From: Abditibacterium sp.
Lineage (GTDB): Bacteria; Armatimonadota; Abditibacteriia; Abditibacteriales; Abditibacteriaceae
NCBI GenBank assembly: GCA_965199495.1
Contig: CBDASK010000003.1
Span: 128,001 to 192,000, forward strand
Direction: 5' to 3'
DNA: 64,000 bases
Shown here: piece after piece, positions 30,457 through 43,822 of the stretch
Layout: each line of letters opens with the position of its first letter
Numbering within the stretch: position 1 is the stretch's first letter
The notes under the pieces: generated by a model
Databases searched by the model: none
Told to the model about the DNA's origin: nothing
The model's input: only the letters and a program-made list of their open reading frames with translations
Translations under genes and position numbers: made by a program

Positions 30457-31065
30457 CTAAACCAACGCCGGTTTCCACGCCGGACGGCTCGACTCAAACG
30501 ACGTAATATCGCCTTCGTTTTGCAGCGTCATGCCGATGTCATCCAAACCGTTGAGCAGACGATGTTTGCGAAATTCATCGATCTCGAATTCAGCGTCGAA
30601 GCCGTCGCCCGAAATGCGCTGGCCCGGCAAATCAATGGTCAGTTCCATGCCCAAGTTGTTTTGCAACAGTTTCAGCAAAACGATGACGGAATCTTCGCTC
30701 AAGACGATGGGCAGGAGGCCGTTTTGAAAACAGTTATTGTAAAAAATATCCGCGAAGCTGGGCGCAATGACGCAACGAAAGCCATAATCGTCCAAACTCC
30801 ACGGCGCGTGTTCGCGGCTGGAGCCGGAACCGAAATTGCGTTGAGCGACCAAAATCTGCGCGCCCTGCAATTTGGGGTCGTTGAGTTCAAAAGTCGGATC
30901 GGGCGTGATACCATCGGCCTGATAACGCCAGTCGAAGAACAAAAACTGGCCGAAACCGGTGCGCTCGATGCGTTTGAGAAACTGTTTGGGAATGATTTGA
31001 TCGGTATCTACGTTGGCGCGGTCGAGCGGCGCGGCGATACCGGTTAAAGTTGTGAATGGCTGCAT
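30457..31065 (-). CDS. leuD: 3-isopropylmalate dehydratase small subunit
   Basis: '[14 protein letters not shown]', '[13 protein letters not shown]', 'SFADIFYNN', 'LLNGLDDIG'. Confidence 0.96.
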   Translation of the reverse strand: MQPFTTLTGIAAPLDRANVDTDQIIPKQFLKRIERTGFGQFLFFDWRYQADGITPDPTFELNDPKLQGAQILVAQRNFGSGSSREHAPWSLDDYGFRCVIAPSFADIFYNNCFQNGLLPIVLSEDSVIVLLKLLQNNLGMELTIDLPGQRISGDGFDAEFEIDEFRKHRLLNGLDDIGMTLQNEGDITSFESSRPAWKPALV

Positions 31066-31066
31066 A

Positions 31067-31627
31067 ATGAACCCTTTAAGTTTGACAAAAACCCCGCTTT
31101 TCAAGACACGGCCCCAAGGGCCACTGCCCGGCGACATCCTTTTATTCACCGATGCGCCCGGATTAACCAAGGTTATTCCGTGGTTTACCAACTCGCGCTA
31201 TTACCATGTCGGGCTATACGAAGGTGGCCCATTTTCGCTGGAAGCGCGCGTGCCCGGCGTGCTGCGCCGCGACATTTCGCGCGACAAACATTTGGTTTTT
31301 CGCTTTATTCCGATGCCGCGTGAAGGCGCGCAAATCGCGCTCGATTTCGCGCGCAAAAATCTGGGCGCCAACTACGATCCAATTGACATCGCGGCGATTA
31401 TCATCAACCACACTTTCCCGAAACTGCGCATCAACTATTCCAATCCATCGAGTTTTACCTGCGGCGAACTGGTCGCCGAAGCGTGGCAAGCGGCGGGCGT
31501 CGAATTGTTCCCCGACATCGAATCCGAGTTGGTCGTGCCCGGCGATTTCGGTCGGTTTCTGCCCGTTGACGCGCGCGACCGCATGTATCGTCAGGGCAAA
31601 TGGATTTACGAACCGATGGACGCGTAA
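31067..31627 (+). CDS. Permuted papain-like (YiiX/YaeF-type) amidase
   Basis: 'PGDILLF', 'YYHVGLY', 'GANYD', '[11 protein letters not shown]' (His before Cys); start could be the TTG at 31082. Confidence 0.75.
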   Translation: MNPLSLTKTPLFKTRPQGPLPGDILLFTDAPGLTKVIPWFTNSRYYHVGLYEGGPFSLEARVPGVLRRDISRDKHLVFRFIPMPREGAQIALDFARKNLGANYDPIDIAAIIINHTFPKLRINYSNPSSFTCGELVAEAWQAAGVELFPDIESELVVPGDFGRFLPVDARDRMYRQGKWIYEPMDA

Positions 31628-31637
31628 ATTATCCGTT

Positions 31638-32774
31638 TCAATCGCGCATCAAATGCGGCACGAAGCGGCTGCCGTTGCTGGTAATTAATCCGTCATCTTC
31701 GCGAATGCCCAAACCGCACGCCCAGCCGTTGACCAGCCACGAGCCGCACACCGGATAATGCCCATCGAATTCGGGGAGCGGACACAATTCCTGATAAATC
31801 ACCGGCCCATCGTAAGGCCCGCCGTTGGAGCCGATTTCGCGATTGTCGCGCATCAACAACGTGTTGGCGCCCTCGCGGCCCAGACGCGGTTTGCGCGCGT
31901 AACTGTCGCTCCATGGTTTGAACTGCGTGCGTAACAACAACGGATGATCGGGAAATAATTCCCACAACACCGCCAAAATCGTTTTGTTGGAAAGCAGCAT
32001 CTTCCACGGCGCCTCGATCCAGCGCGTGGCGGCTTGCGTCAGATGAAACCCGAAGCGTTCGCGCAGCAGCCACTCCCACGGATACAATTTAAAAATCAGC
32101 GATATTTCTGTTTCGGATTCGTCGGTAAAAACGCCGCGCCGCTCGTTCCAGCCGACACGGTCAATCGGCAAATAGCGCGTTTCAAATCCGGCCTGAATCG
32201 CCGTGTCGCGCAGATAATTCGCCGTCATGTAATCTTCGTAGCCGTCGTCAATCGAAGTGACGTGCAACAACGGCGCGCCAACTTCGGCGCGCAACGCCGT
32301 CCACGCTTCGATTAAACGTTCGTGAATCGAGTTGAATTGGTCAACGCGCGCGTCGTCGCCAAAGCGGTCTTGCAGCCAGTGCCACTGCACGACCGCCGCC
32401 TCGATGAGACCGGTCGGCGTATCGGCGTTGAATTCGAGCAGCTTGATGTCGCGTCCGTCGAACCACAAATCGAAGCGCCCATAAATCGTGCGCTCCTGCG
32501 TTTCCCACGAGCGGCGAATCCATTCCTGAAAGCCAAAGGGAATCTCGAACTCGTCCCACAAACCGCGCTCGATAACGTGTTCGACCGCCGCCAAACACAT
32601 CGTATCCAGTTGTTGCGTCGCGTTTTCCAGACGCTCGATTTCCGCGCCCGAAAACTGGTAAGCTGCGCCTTCGTTCCAATACGCCGGGCCTTCGTCTTCG
32701 TCGTCGAAGGTCAAGCCGACTTGCGCGGTGCGCTCGATCCAATCGGCGCGCGCTTCAAATTGCAATCGTTGCAT
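31638..32774 (-). CDS. Glutathionylspermidine synthase-like ATP-grasp protein (YgiC/YjfC family)
   Basis: 'YGRFDL', 'LLEFNADTPTGL', 'FKLYPWEW', 'KPRLGREGAN', 'SRFVPH'. Confidence 0.92.
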   Translation of the reverse strand: MQRLQFEARADWIERTAQVGLTFDDEDEGPAYWNEGAAYQFSGAEIERLENATQQLDTMCLAAVEHVIERGLWDEFEIPFGFQEWIRRSWETQERTIYGRFDLWFDGRDIKLLEFNADTPTGLIEAAVVQWHWLQDRFGDDARVDQFNSIHERLIEAWTALRAEVGAPLLHVTSIDDGYEDYMTANYLRDTAIQAGFETRYLPIDRVGWNERRGVFTDESETEISLIFKLYPWEWLLRERFGFHLTQAATRWIEAPWKMLLSNKTILAVLWELFPDHPLLLRTQFKPWSDSYARKPRLGREGANTLLMRDNREIGSNGGPYDGPVIYQELCPLPEFDGHYPVCGSWLVNGWACGLGIREDDGLITSNGSRFVPHLMRD

Positions 32775-32780
32775 CTCGGT

Positions 32781-33056
32781 TCACGACCCTCCGCTAAACC
32801 AGCCGCCGCTACGCCCAAAACCGCCGCGCTCTGAGCCGCCAACGCCCGGCGAAATTGAACTGCCACCGCGATTGCCGACGCCGCCGACGTAACCGCCGCG
32901 CGTGCCGGTGCCGCAATCGTCGGTTGTCGTCAAAGTTGAGTGCGTGTTGTCGCAGTTGCGCCCGCAACCCGAAAACGCCAGCAGAGCGGGCGAAACAATC
33001 GCCAACGCAACCGCACGACTGCGGCGCCGCGCCGCAAGAGGAAAAACCGGTTTCAT
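32781..33056 (-). CDS. Small lipoprotein with Gly-rich tail (YgiB-like partner)
   Basis: Lipobox FSG-C; 'RGGFGRSGG' tail; directly upstream of the YgiC-like gene. Confidence 0.7.
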   Translation of the reverse strand: MKPVFPLAARRRSRAVALAIVSPALLAFSGCGRNCDNTHSTLTTTDDCGTGTRGGYVGGVGNRGGSSISPGVGGSERGGFGRSGGWFSGGS

Positions 33057-33106
33057 AAGAGAACTTCTATTTTCTCACAGAAAACCGCGCCGGGCAAGCC
33101 GAAAAT

Positions 33107-33532
33107 TCAGGCGATTTCGCGTTTCATCAATATCGCGTCTTCGCCATCATCGTAGTAGCCACGTCGCACGCCACTTTCCTCGAACCCGCATTTTAGATAG
33201 AGCGCGCGCGCCGCTTCGTTGCCCGCGCGCACTTCGAGCCATATCTCGCGCGCGCCGCGATTGGTTAAAGCCGTAATCGCCTCGCGCACCAACTGCGCGC
33301 CAACGCCGTGGCTGCGTTGCGCGGGCAACACGCCAACGCGCTCGATTTCGGCGGCGCCCGCCGCGCTCCAACTGAGGAGATAACCATAATTTTCGATGAT
33401 AAGAATCAGATAACGCGCTTCGTTTAGCACGCTTCGCAGCGTGTTTTGTTGCCACGCATCGGGCAGACAGGCGCGCTCTAATTCGACGAGTAAGTCGAGA
33501 TCGTCGGCGTGAGCGAGGCGGATTTCGGGCAT
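33107..33532 (-). CDS. rimI: Ribosomal-protein-alanine N-acetyltransferase
   Basis: 'IWLEVRAGNEAARALY...GF...GVRRGYY...EDAILM'; next to tsaB. Confidence 0.85.
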   Translation of the reverse strand: MPEIRLAHADDLDLLVELERACLPDAWQQNTLRSVLNEARYLILIIENYGYLLSWSAAGAAEIERVGVLPAQRSHGVGAQLVREAITALTNRGAREIWLEVRAGNEAARALYLKCGFEESGVRRGYYDDGEDAILMKREIA

Positions 33533-33556
33533 AAAGCGAGAGGTGGGCGATAAAAG

Positions 33557-33693
33557 TTAGGACTTAAGCAATGCTCCGTAGAGACACCGACTTGTCGTGT
33601 CTAAAACGTGAATGTACGCCGCTTAGTCAAGACACTTTCTACGTTTTAGACACGACAAGTCGGTGTCTCTACGGGGCATTGCCTAAGTCCTAA
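33557..33693. repeat. GTAG-type REP doublet hairpin, family C copy 1
   Basis: gtagagacaccgacttgtcgtgtctaaaacg / cgttttagacacgacaagtcggtgtctctac, nested in ttaggactta...taagtcctaa arms. Confidence 0.9.
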
Positions 33694-33730
33694 AGGTGAA
33701 GTTGTGGCTCGTTCAAGGTGTCGCTCGACT

Positions 33731-34522
33731 TTAAAACTTCAAGTTGCGCTCCGCCGCCGAAGGTGCCAAATAAAGCGGTTCCAATTCGCTCAGTTCGGGC
33801 GTTTCTTCGTCGGCGATTTGATAGGCGCCGCTAATTCCGATTTCAATGGCGACCGTGGCGGCGGGCGCTTCGATATATTCGTATAAATCCGATTCGCCGC
33901 GCGCCTCCAATAATTCGACGGCTTGCATCCCGGCGGCGCCGCAAATTAAAATTGGGCCGTAAATTTCACTCGCCATGCCTTGACAAAATGCGCTATCGAG
34001 ATGCGTTTGCGCGTCGGCGATCCATTCGGATTGGACGGGCGCCAGATAATCGTTGGTCATCTGAAATAATTTGCCATAAAGCGCGCCCGGACGACACGGC
34101 GACAGCGCCAACACGATTTGCGCCTCGCGCGCTTCGGTTTTCTTTTTGCCGCGCTTGCCGCTTTTTTGCGCGGGCCGCGCCCGATGAATGGCGCTGGCGA
34201 GGGCATCGAACGAAGGCACGGCGGCCAGAGGTAAGGAGCGCGTTTGGGCCAGAGTTTTGAAAGTCGCGAAACCCACGCGTAAACTCGTCCACGAACCGGG
34301 GCCACTGCCAATCGCCAGACCGTCCACATCGTCTAATCCGTTCCAACCGGCTTCGCGCAAAGTTTCGTCAATGGCGCCGACCAATTGCGCGGCCAGTGCG
34401 CGGGCTTCATCAATCGAGACGAGCGCGGCGACCTGCGCATCCACGTTGGAAAGTTCGATGGCGGCCAACACGGCTTCGCCGGGTGTGGCGGTGCCGCCGG
34501 TTTCGAGTGCTAAAATTTTCAT
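33731..34522 (-). CDS. tsaB: tRNA t6A biosynthesis protein
   Basis: 'MKILALET', 'GSGPGSWTSLRVG', C-terminal 'LEPLYL'; upstream of rimI. Confidence 0.85.
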   Translation of the reverse strand: MKILALETGGTATPGEAVLAAIELSNVDAQVAALVSIDEARALAAQLVGAIDETLREAGWNGLDDVDGLAIGSGPGSWTSLRVGFATFKTLAQTRSLPLAAVPSFDALASAIHRARPAQKSGKRGKKKTEAREAQIVLALSPCRPGALYGKLFQMTNDYLAPVQSEWIADAQTHLDSAFCQGMASEIYGPILICGAAGMQAVELLEARGESDLYEYIEAPAATVAIEIGISGAYQIADEETPELSELEPLYLAPSAAERNLKF

Positions 34523-34787
34523 AAAATAGAGGGGGAAAATGACGAGAGGCGCGCGCCAAAGTCGCGCTCAATTTCTAAGCACAATGTTTTTCCAAATGTT
34601 GGCGCGCGGCGAAAAGCGGAGCGGTTTATCAAGCGCCGTCGAGGCCAAACAGTGACAAACGATTCTCACCCGCAGAGAGTAGGCTCAATATCGTTCTCCT
34701 TCTGAGTGAGGTTGATTGAGGAACGAAGCCGTGTGAGATAAATGTGACCGCTCTCTTCGTAACCGCGCGCCGTAAACTGCGCACATA

Positions 34788-35375
34788 ATGGTTATTCTCA
34801 AAATTTTAGCGGCGGGCGGCTTGGCGGTTTTACTCGTCTGGTTGCCGCTCAACCATTTCGCGTCGCAAAGTTTCGCGCGCCGCATCGCGCGCGGCGAAAT
34901 TTATAACGCACTACGCGGAGCAGCCACGCGCAGTCAATGGCACGTTTTGTTGCCTTATCTCAAGCGCGATTTAAGTTTGCCCGACGAAAGTTTGCGCGCG
35001 ATAATCGTCGGCGGAACCGAAAAGTTAATCGCGCTGGGCAATTCGCTCGGCCCGCGCAATCCGATTCCCGATATTTTACAAAATCAGGCGCGCGAACAAA
35101 TCAGCGCCGCGTTTGAGGCACTATTTTTCGCGTGCGCGCGTTTGTCTATCGTCGCCAATCAGGGCGTTAACGTCGAAAGTTTGCGCGCGGAACTGGAAGC
35201 CGAAAGCGCCAATCTGCGTCAGTTAGTCGCGGCGACCGAAGCCGCTTCGGTCGAGTTAGCGCGTCTAACATTGTTGGCGGGCGACGAAAAAATGCCGACC
35301 AGCAGCCAGCAATTCGGACAATTGGGCTGGGCGGCGGGCGAACTCAGGCGTCTAAACCGCCAATTGGAAGAGTAG
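34788..35375 (+). CDS. Hypothetical membrane-anchored helical protein, tandem paralog 1
   Basis: N-terminal TM helix; shared 'AAF.ALF..C.RL.IV..Q' and 'ATE.AS.ELARLT...LGWAA.EL' motifs. Confidence 0.75.
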   Translation: MVILKILAAGGLAVLLVWLPLNHFASQSFARRIARGEIYNALRGAATRSQWHVLLPYLKRDLSLPDESLRAIIVGGTEKLIALGNSLGPRNPIPDILQNQAREQISAAFEALFFACARLSIVANQGVNVESLRAELEAESANLRQLVAATEAASVELARLTLLAGDEKMPTSSQQFGQLGWAAGELRRLNRQLEE

Positions 35376-35398
35376 TTTTGGTTTTTGGATGAACGATT

Positions 35399-35977
35399 AT
35401 GGAAGTTTATTTGGCAATCATCGCGTTTTTGACGCCGCCCGTGTTGGCGGTGGCTGTGCCGATTGGCTACTTTGCGCGCCACAATTATGGTCGTCTGGCC
35501 GCGCGCGGCGAAGTGCGGCGCGCTTTGTTCAAAGCTGCCAAAAATCGGCGCTGGAAATGGATCGGCGAATTTATCCACTATAAATTAGTCTTGCCCGACC
35601 CCAATTTGCGTCCGCTTTTAACACAAGCCGCGCAGCGATTGATTGATCTACAAAACGCGCTCGGTCCCGAAAATCCCCTCCCCGGCCCGCTTCGTCACAA
35701 CGCGCAAACCCAGATCAACGCCGCCTTCGACGCCCTATTTCACGCGTGCGGCAGATTATCCATCGTCGGCAACCAACGCATTAACGCCGACGAACTGCGG
35801 CCAGAAATCGAATCCGAAATCGCCAACTTGCAACAGTTATTGCAAGCCACCGAAGCTGCGTCCATCGAACTTGCTCGCCTGACGATGTTGAGCCACCGCG
35901 ACAAAGCGCCCGCCGTCAGCGCGCAATTCGGCCAGTTGGGTTGGGCGGCGGGCGAGTTGAGGCGATTGGAAATTTAA
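35399..35977 (+). CDS. Hypothetical membrane-anchored helical protein, tandem paralog 2
   Basis: Same motifs as 34788-35375. Confidence 0.75.
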   Translation: MEVYLAIIAFLTPPVLAVAVPIGYFARHNYGRLAARGEVRRALFKAAKNRRWKWIGEFIHYKLVLPDPNLRPLLTQAAQRLIDLQNALGPENPLPGPLRHNAQTQINAAFDALFHACGRLSIVGNQRINADELRPEIESEIANLQQLLQATEAASIELARLTMLSHRDKAPAVSAQFGQLGWAAGELRRLEI

Positions 35978-36032
35978 GGTTTTAACGAAACGGTCGGCCA
36001 GACTTGGCACAAAATATACTCTATTAACGGAA

Positions 36033-36638
36033 GTGGTAAAATCGCGTCGTTTTTTTACAATGTTTTCTTGGATCAAAATTCCCGCGCTGATGCTGGCGCA
36101 AGGCGAAACTTATAAAGGCCTGACGAGCGCCGCTCAGAGCAAGCAGTGGCAACTGATTCAGAATCACATCGAGTGGAAGTTGAAGTTGCCCGACGACGCG
36201 GGTATTTCTAAAACGGCTCAATTCCAGCGCAGCGCACCGATTCACTCCCAGTTGCGCTTATTGTTGGTGGCTTTGGCGACGCAACTCATCAATCTGCGCC
36301 AGAGCGCGGACAACGAGCGCAATCCGACGCCGTGGGCGCTAAAAAAAGCTATCGAATCCGAAGTCCGCGCGGCTTTTGATGCACTGTTTCAAACCTGCGA
36401 ACGCTTGGAAATCGTGGCGCAACAGGGTGTTGCGCCAGAGCGCTTGCAAAGCGAACTCGAACAGGAAGCCGCCAACCTGCGCCAACTGCTGCAAGCGACC
36501 GAAGAAGCGAGCGCCGAAATGGCGCGCCTGACGTTATCGGCGGGCCGATGGAAAGTCGCCGATTCGAGCGGCAAGTTCGAGAAATTGGGCTGGGCCGCGC
36601 GCGAGTTGACCCGATTCAATCGCGAATTGGACGAGTAA
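36033..36638 (+). CDS. Hypothetical helical protein, tandem paralog 3 (no clear TM; start uncertain)
   Basis: Same C-terminal motifs; divergent N-terminus. Confidence 0.65.
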   Translation: MVKSRRFFTMFSWIKIPALMLAQGETYKGLTSAAQSKQWQLIQNHIEWKLKLPDDAGISKTAQFQRSAPIHSQLRLLLVALATQLINLRQSADNERNPTPWALKKAIESEVRAAFDALFQTCERLEIVAQQGVAPERLQSELEQEAANLRQLLQATEEASAEMARLTLSAGRWKVADSSGKFEKLGWAARELTRFNRELDE

Positions 36639-36659
36639 TTTATCCGCAAATCGCTTGGT

Positions 36660-36803
36660 TTATCGCCCGACCCAAATTTTCTCCGGCATATCACCCAAGT
36701 TCGGACTTAGCCATTTCTCCGCACGCTCGAACGTCATATTCGCGCGCGCCGCGTAATCGGCGACTTGGTCGCGCCCAATTTTGCCGGCAGCGACATAATG
36801 CGC
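36660..36803 (-). pseudogene. Degenerate duplicate of the metH 3' end (47 codons plus stop)
   Basis: Translates [47 protein letters not shown], 41/47 identical to the metH terminus at 39639-39782. Confidence 0.9.
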
Positions 36804-36812
36804 TTCACAAAC

Positions 36813-37205
36813 TTAAACTTCCAAAGCCAAACGCAAGCGCGCTTGAACTTCGTTCCAATCGGCTTCAGAAAGATGGCCGATGCGCGTGACCTGATGTTGC
36901 CAGCGCGGACTGATATAAATGCGAACGGCGGAAGTCTCATCCAGTCCGGCTTCACGCCAATCGAACAAAACGAAATCTGTCGGCGCCGTGGCAATCGCAA
37001 TGTTCGAGGTGATAACAGCCAACAATACATCGGGGCGCGCTGTCTTGATACGCTTTCCACGCCACCAATTTGCGCGGATAACAGCCAACAATACATCGGG
37101 GCGCGTCCCTTGATAAAGTTCGCTCGACACGACAACGCACGGACGTTGTTTGGTTTCTTTGGCGCCGGGGAAATCGGCCCAGACCACATCACCCGGAAGC
37201 AACAT
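36813..37205 (-). CDS. PemK/MazF-family toxin carrying a 22-aa in-frame insertion
   Basis: 'PGDVVWADFP...KQRPCVVVS...LAVITS...AGL..TS'; RPDVLLAVI occurs twice. Confidence 0.8.
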   Translation of the reverse strand: MLLPGDVVWADFPGAKETKQRPCVVVSSELYQGTRPDVLLAVIRANWWRGKRIKTARPDVLLAVITSNIAIATAPTDFVLFDWREAGLDETSAVRIYISPRWQHQVTRIGHLSEADWNEVQARLRLALEV

Positions 37206-37407
37206 TATGGCTCTCCTGCGCTTCGATTTCCTCGTAAAGTGCGGCTCCAGCAGCGGAAAATTCGGACAAATCTTCGTCGCTCCATTCCGTGCTGCGATTG
37301 ACGGGAGGATTCAGCATCGCGCGCAAACGCGCGATTTCGCTCGTGGGCACGTTTTGCAACGCCGCGTAAATCGCTTCGGCGGTCGGGTTCTCAATCGTAA
37401 TCGGCAT
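37189..37407 (-). CDS. Putative antitoxin
   Basis: 72-aa ORF with acidic 'EWSDEDL' C-terminus overlapping the toxin start. Confidence 0.65.
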   Translation of the reverse strand: MPITIENPTAEAIYAALQNVPTSEIARLRAMLNPPVNRSTEWSDEDLSEFSAAGAALYEEIEAQESHNVASG

Positions 37408-37500
37408 GGTTTTTATTTTACCAGCTTTTGTCAAGCGTTTTTTTACCGCGTGCCTTTTCTCATTCTCCAAAGCATCTGACAATTCGAGTAAAATAGAATC

Positions 37501-37698
37501 ATGGCAACAGCAACGCAATCTCCACCAAATAATGCGTCCGCGAACACCAGCCACGTCCAAGAAGACAGGCGCAATGATGCCGCGCGCCAACTGCTAAGAC
37601 GGTGGCGCGAGGAAGCACAAGACGAAACAGCTTGGCCAGAAGTGCAACAGTTGATCGAGGAAAACCGGCTTTCGGTGAGGCGCAAGTTTGGCGAATGA
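37501..37698 (+). CDS. Putative antitoxin
   Basis: 65-aa ORF overlapping the PIN toxin start; 'QLLRRW...ETAW...IEENRLS'. Confidence 0.65.
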   Translation: MATATQSPPNNASANTSHVQEDRRNDAARQLLRRWREEAQDETAWPEVQQLIEENRLSVRRKFGE

Positions 37699-38119
37699 AA
37701 TTCTCGCGCTCGATTCGAGTCCGCTTGGCCGATTGGTTCATCCGCGTCAAAACGGCGAAGTTTCCGATTGGCTCGACGGCGTTTTAGCGCGCGGCGGGAC
37801 GGTTTATATCCCCGAAATCATCGACTACGAACTGCGCCGCGCCCTACTTTTTGGCGGCTTAACGCGCTCACTTCAAAGACTGGACGAGTTGGAAGCCGTG
37901 CTGCCGTTTCTGCCGCTCGACCGAGCCACGATGTTGGACGCCGCCGAGTTGTGGGCGCAAGCGCGTCGGCAGGGAAAGTCGGTCGCCGCTCCCAAAGAGT
38001 TGGACGGCGACGCGATTTTAGCGGCGCAAGCGCGCCGAGTCGGAGCGGTTGTTGTCACCGAAAACGTCGGGCACTTATCGGTTTGGGTTGATGCGCGCGA
38101 TTGGCGCGAGACGGAGTAG
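37688..38119 (+). CDS. PIN-domain (VapC-like) toxin
   Basis: 'ALDSSPLG', 'PEIIDYELRR', 'DGDAILAAQA', 'VTENVGHL' acidic PIN residues. Confidence 0.85.
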   Translation: MANEILALDSSPLGRLVHPRQNGEVSDWLDGVLARGGTVYIPEIIDYELRRALLFGGLTRSLQRLDELEAVLPFLPLDRATMLDAAELWAQARRQGKSVAAPKELDGDAILAAQARRVGAVVVTENVGHLSVWVDARDWRETE

Positions 38120-38148
38120 AAGTAACTAATGCTACGAAGCTTTAGGCA

Positions 38149-39561
38149 CTACATAGGTAATTTCCAGCCTGATTTGCTGTTGGAATATTTCAATTGCTCT
38201 GGTTTTGTCCGGTCTGCGTAAACCTCGTCAGCGAAATTTATTTCAGAAGTGATGACTTCATAGTACTCTCCAAGCCGACTTACTTGAGACAAATCGGAAA
38301 CGATAGACCGGTAAATGGCCTTAAACCCCTTTTGGGGAACTAAATGCTTCAGAAATTCCGTCTGTTTGATTCGCACATCAATATTAGGAGCTTTTGGCAA
38401 AGGTTTGAACATAGTGCCTACATTATAGATTGTGGATAAAGACGAAAGAGACACACCTTGCTTTGTATTCGCTCCATACTTGGACAAGATACTTTCCAAA
38501 GCCTTCTCCACTTCATTGACCAAGTTGTTTGATCTGAAGGTAAATTCTCCAGAATGGACATGGTTCTCAAGGTCAATCAAACGTCTTCTTGCCTCGACGA
38601 ATTCAGGACTTTGCCTGAGTTGAAGTGCGTGATTTATGTATTCCTTTGGACTTCCGATTTTTTGAGCAAACCAGTTCACAAACAGAGGTAACTTACTCTC
38701 AATGATGAAGGGTTGAGAATTGTTCAATATCTCTTTGAGCTTATCTTCTGAATGCCTATTCATTTGATCTATTATAGGACGAAAAAGAGGAAATTTGTTC
38801 TGGTTTAGCTTAGACAAAAAGTTGTATTGGAAGGCATGACGGATGGGATGGAGAAAGAGATCGGCCCCCAAATTATGAGCGGACAATGTATAAAATATAG
38901 TCCTGAAGGCCAACCAATTTAAACCGTCAAGAAAGGCGCTAACCTCACGGGGAACATACGCCTCTTTCTTACTTCCCGCTCGGTCTATAACGGTGTGGCC
39001 GCTCTCAATCAGCTTGCCATACCTATCTACAAGAATAGGTTCATTTTCTTTAGCATCCCTCGTATTTGCACGAGACTTGTCCATTAGCTCACCATAAATC
39101 GCGTTATGCAAGCTACTATATTTATCAATATCAACACCCGCCACACCTTCCAATATTTTTTGTGTTAAGTGATAAGCACTACCCGACATATCCCATGTGA
39201 AGATCACATTCATTTTCAACATATCGAAAAATGGCTTAAAATCTTCGTCCGTGAAATATCCTGCTTCAACACGAGGCGCGATGCCGGACATTAGAGCCTC
39301 AGTCTCTGATCGAATTATGTCAAAAGGAAGAATACTGGAGCTAACCAGTAAGAACTCGGAGAAAAAATCTTGACGCTGCTTCCGAAATTCTGGTTTGTAG
39401 TCATCTAATACCAAAACCTTATCGTAGAAAAGAATCGCTTGTAGCACGTTTTCCAAACAGAGAATATCGGAATTTATGATGCTTTCGTTCTTGATCTGAA
39501 TTTGGCCCAATAGTCTTTGAACGCTGGTCAGAGAGCTATTATCGATGAGTGCGTATCTCAT
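38149..39561 (-). CDS. Hypothetical protein, AT-rich (470 aa)
   Basis: Long intact ORF with foreign-looking base composition; no family recognised. Confidence 0.8.
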   Translation of the reverse strand: MRYALIDNSSLTSVQRLLGQIQIKNESIINSDILCLENVLQAILFYDKVLVLDDYKPEFRKQRQDFFSEFLLVSSSILPFDIIRSETEALMSGIAPRVEAGYFTDEDFKPFFDMLKMNVIFTWDMSGSAYHLTQKILEGVAGVDIDKYSSLHNAIYGELMDKSRANTRDAKENEPILVDRYGKLIESGHTVIDRAGSKKEAYVPREVSAFLDGLNWLAFRTIFYTLSAHNLGADLFLHPIRHAFQYNFLSKLNQNKFPLFRPIIDQMNRHSEDKLKEILNNSQPFIIESKLPLFVNWFAQKIGSPKEYINHALQLRQSPEFVEARRRLIDLENHVHSGEFTFRSNNLVNEVEKALESILSKYGANTKQGVSLSSLSTIYNVGTMFKPLPKAPNIDVRIKQTEFLKHLVPQKGFKAIYRSIVSDLSQVSRLGEYYEVITSEINFADEVYADRTKPEQLKYSNSKSGWKLPM

Positions 39562-39638
39562 AATGTTACTTCAAACTGGGTGTTTGATGGATTCTCAGTT
39601 CACCAAATATTGGTGAACTGAGAACTACTAATCATAGT

Positions 39639-43343
<3,705 letters not shown>

Positions 43344-43528
43344 CGTGATACGTTGATAGTTTAGTCGGTTGAGAGTGGGCGGGGTGCGAATTGGTTTTAG
43401 ATTGGACTTGACGCGAATGGAAATTTGAAGTTGCACCGCGCGCGAACGTTGGTTAAAATAGCTGCGAAAGATTCAAAACTCGAAGAGCAGCACCTTAATC
43501 TTGCGAGTTACTTAGCGAGGAATGACTT

Positions 43529-43783
43529 ATGCAATCAAAAAATATTTTTGACGAATGTGGCGAAGAAACGAAATTCGAGCTTCAAGGATTCCGAGTTGAC
43601 CCAATTGGTTTCATTGTGAATACCGTTCCTCCATTGGGTGAGGATATAAGCGGTTCCATGATACGCAGGTATGAGAAGTATTTATTGTTACCCATTGGCT
43701 TTGATTATGTCGGTAAAAATAGCAACGAGTTGGAGCGTGCTGTGAAGGAGCTGTGCCATAGAATTGGCAAAGCCCGCGATTAA
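43529..43783 (+). CDS. Small hypothetical protein, AT-rich
   Basis: 84-aa ORF with GAGG RBS. Confidence 0.5.
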   Translation: MQSKNIFDECGEETKFELQGFRVDPIGFIVNTVPPLGEDISGSMIRRYEKYLLLPIGFDYVGKNSNELERAVKELCHRIGKARD

Positions 43784-43822
43784 TTGTGACGAAGCCATTT
43801 CTTCATTCTTATTTAACCTGCG

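Noticed and set aside
37011..37105. CRISPR array
   Set aside because: Only two repeat copies, the repeat is toxin coding sequence, and no cas genes or leader are present.
43344..43528. SAM or cobalamin riboswitch upstream of metH
   Set aside because: No recognisable SAM-I (TTATC…GATRA) or B12-box motifs on the minus strand.
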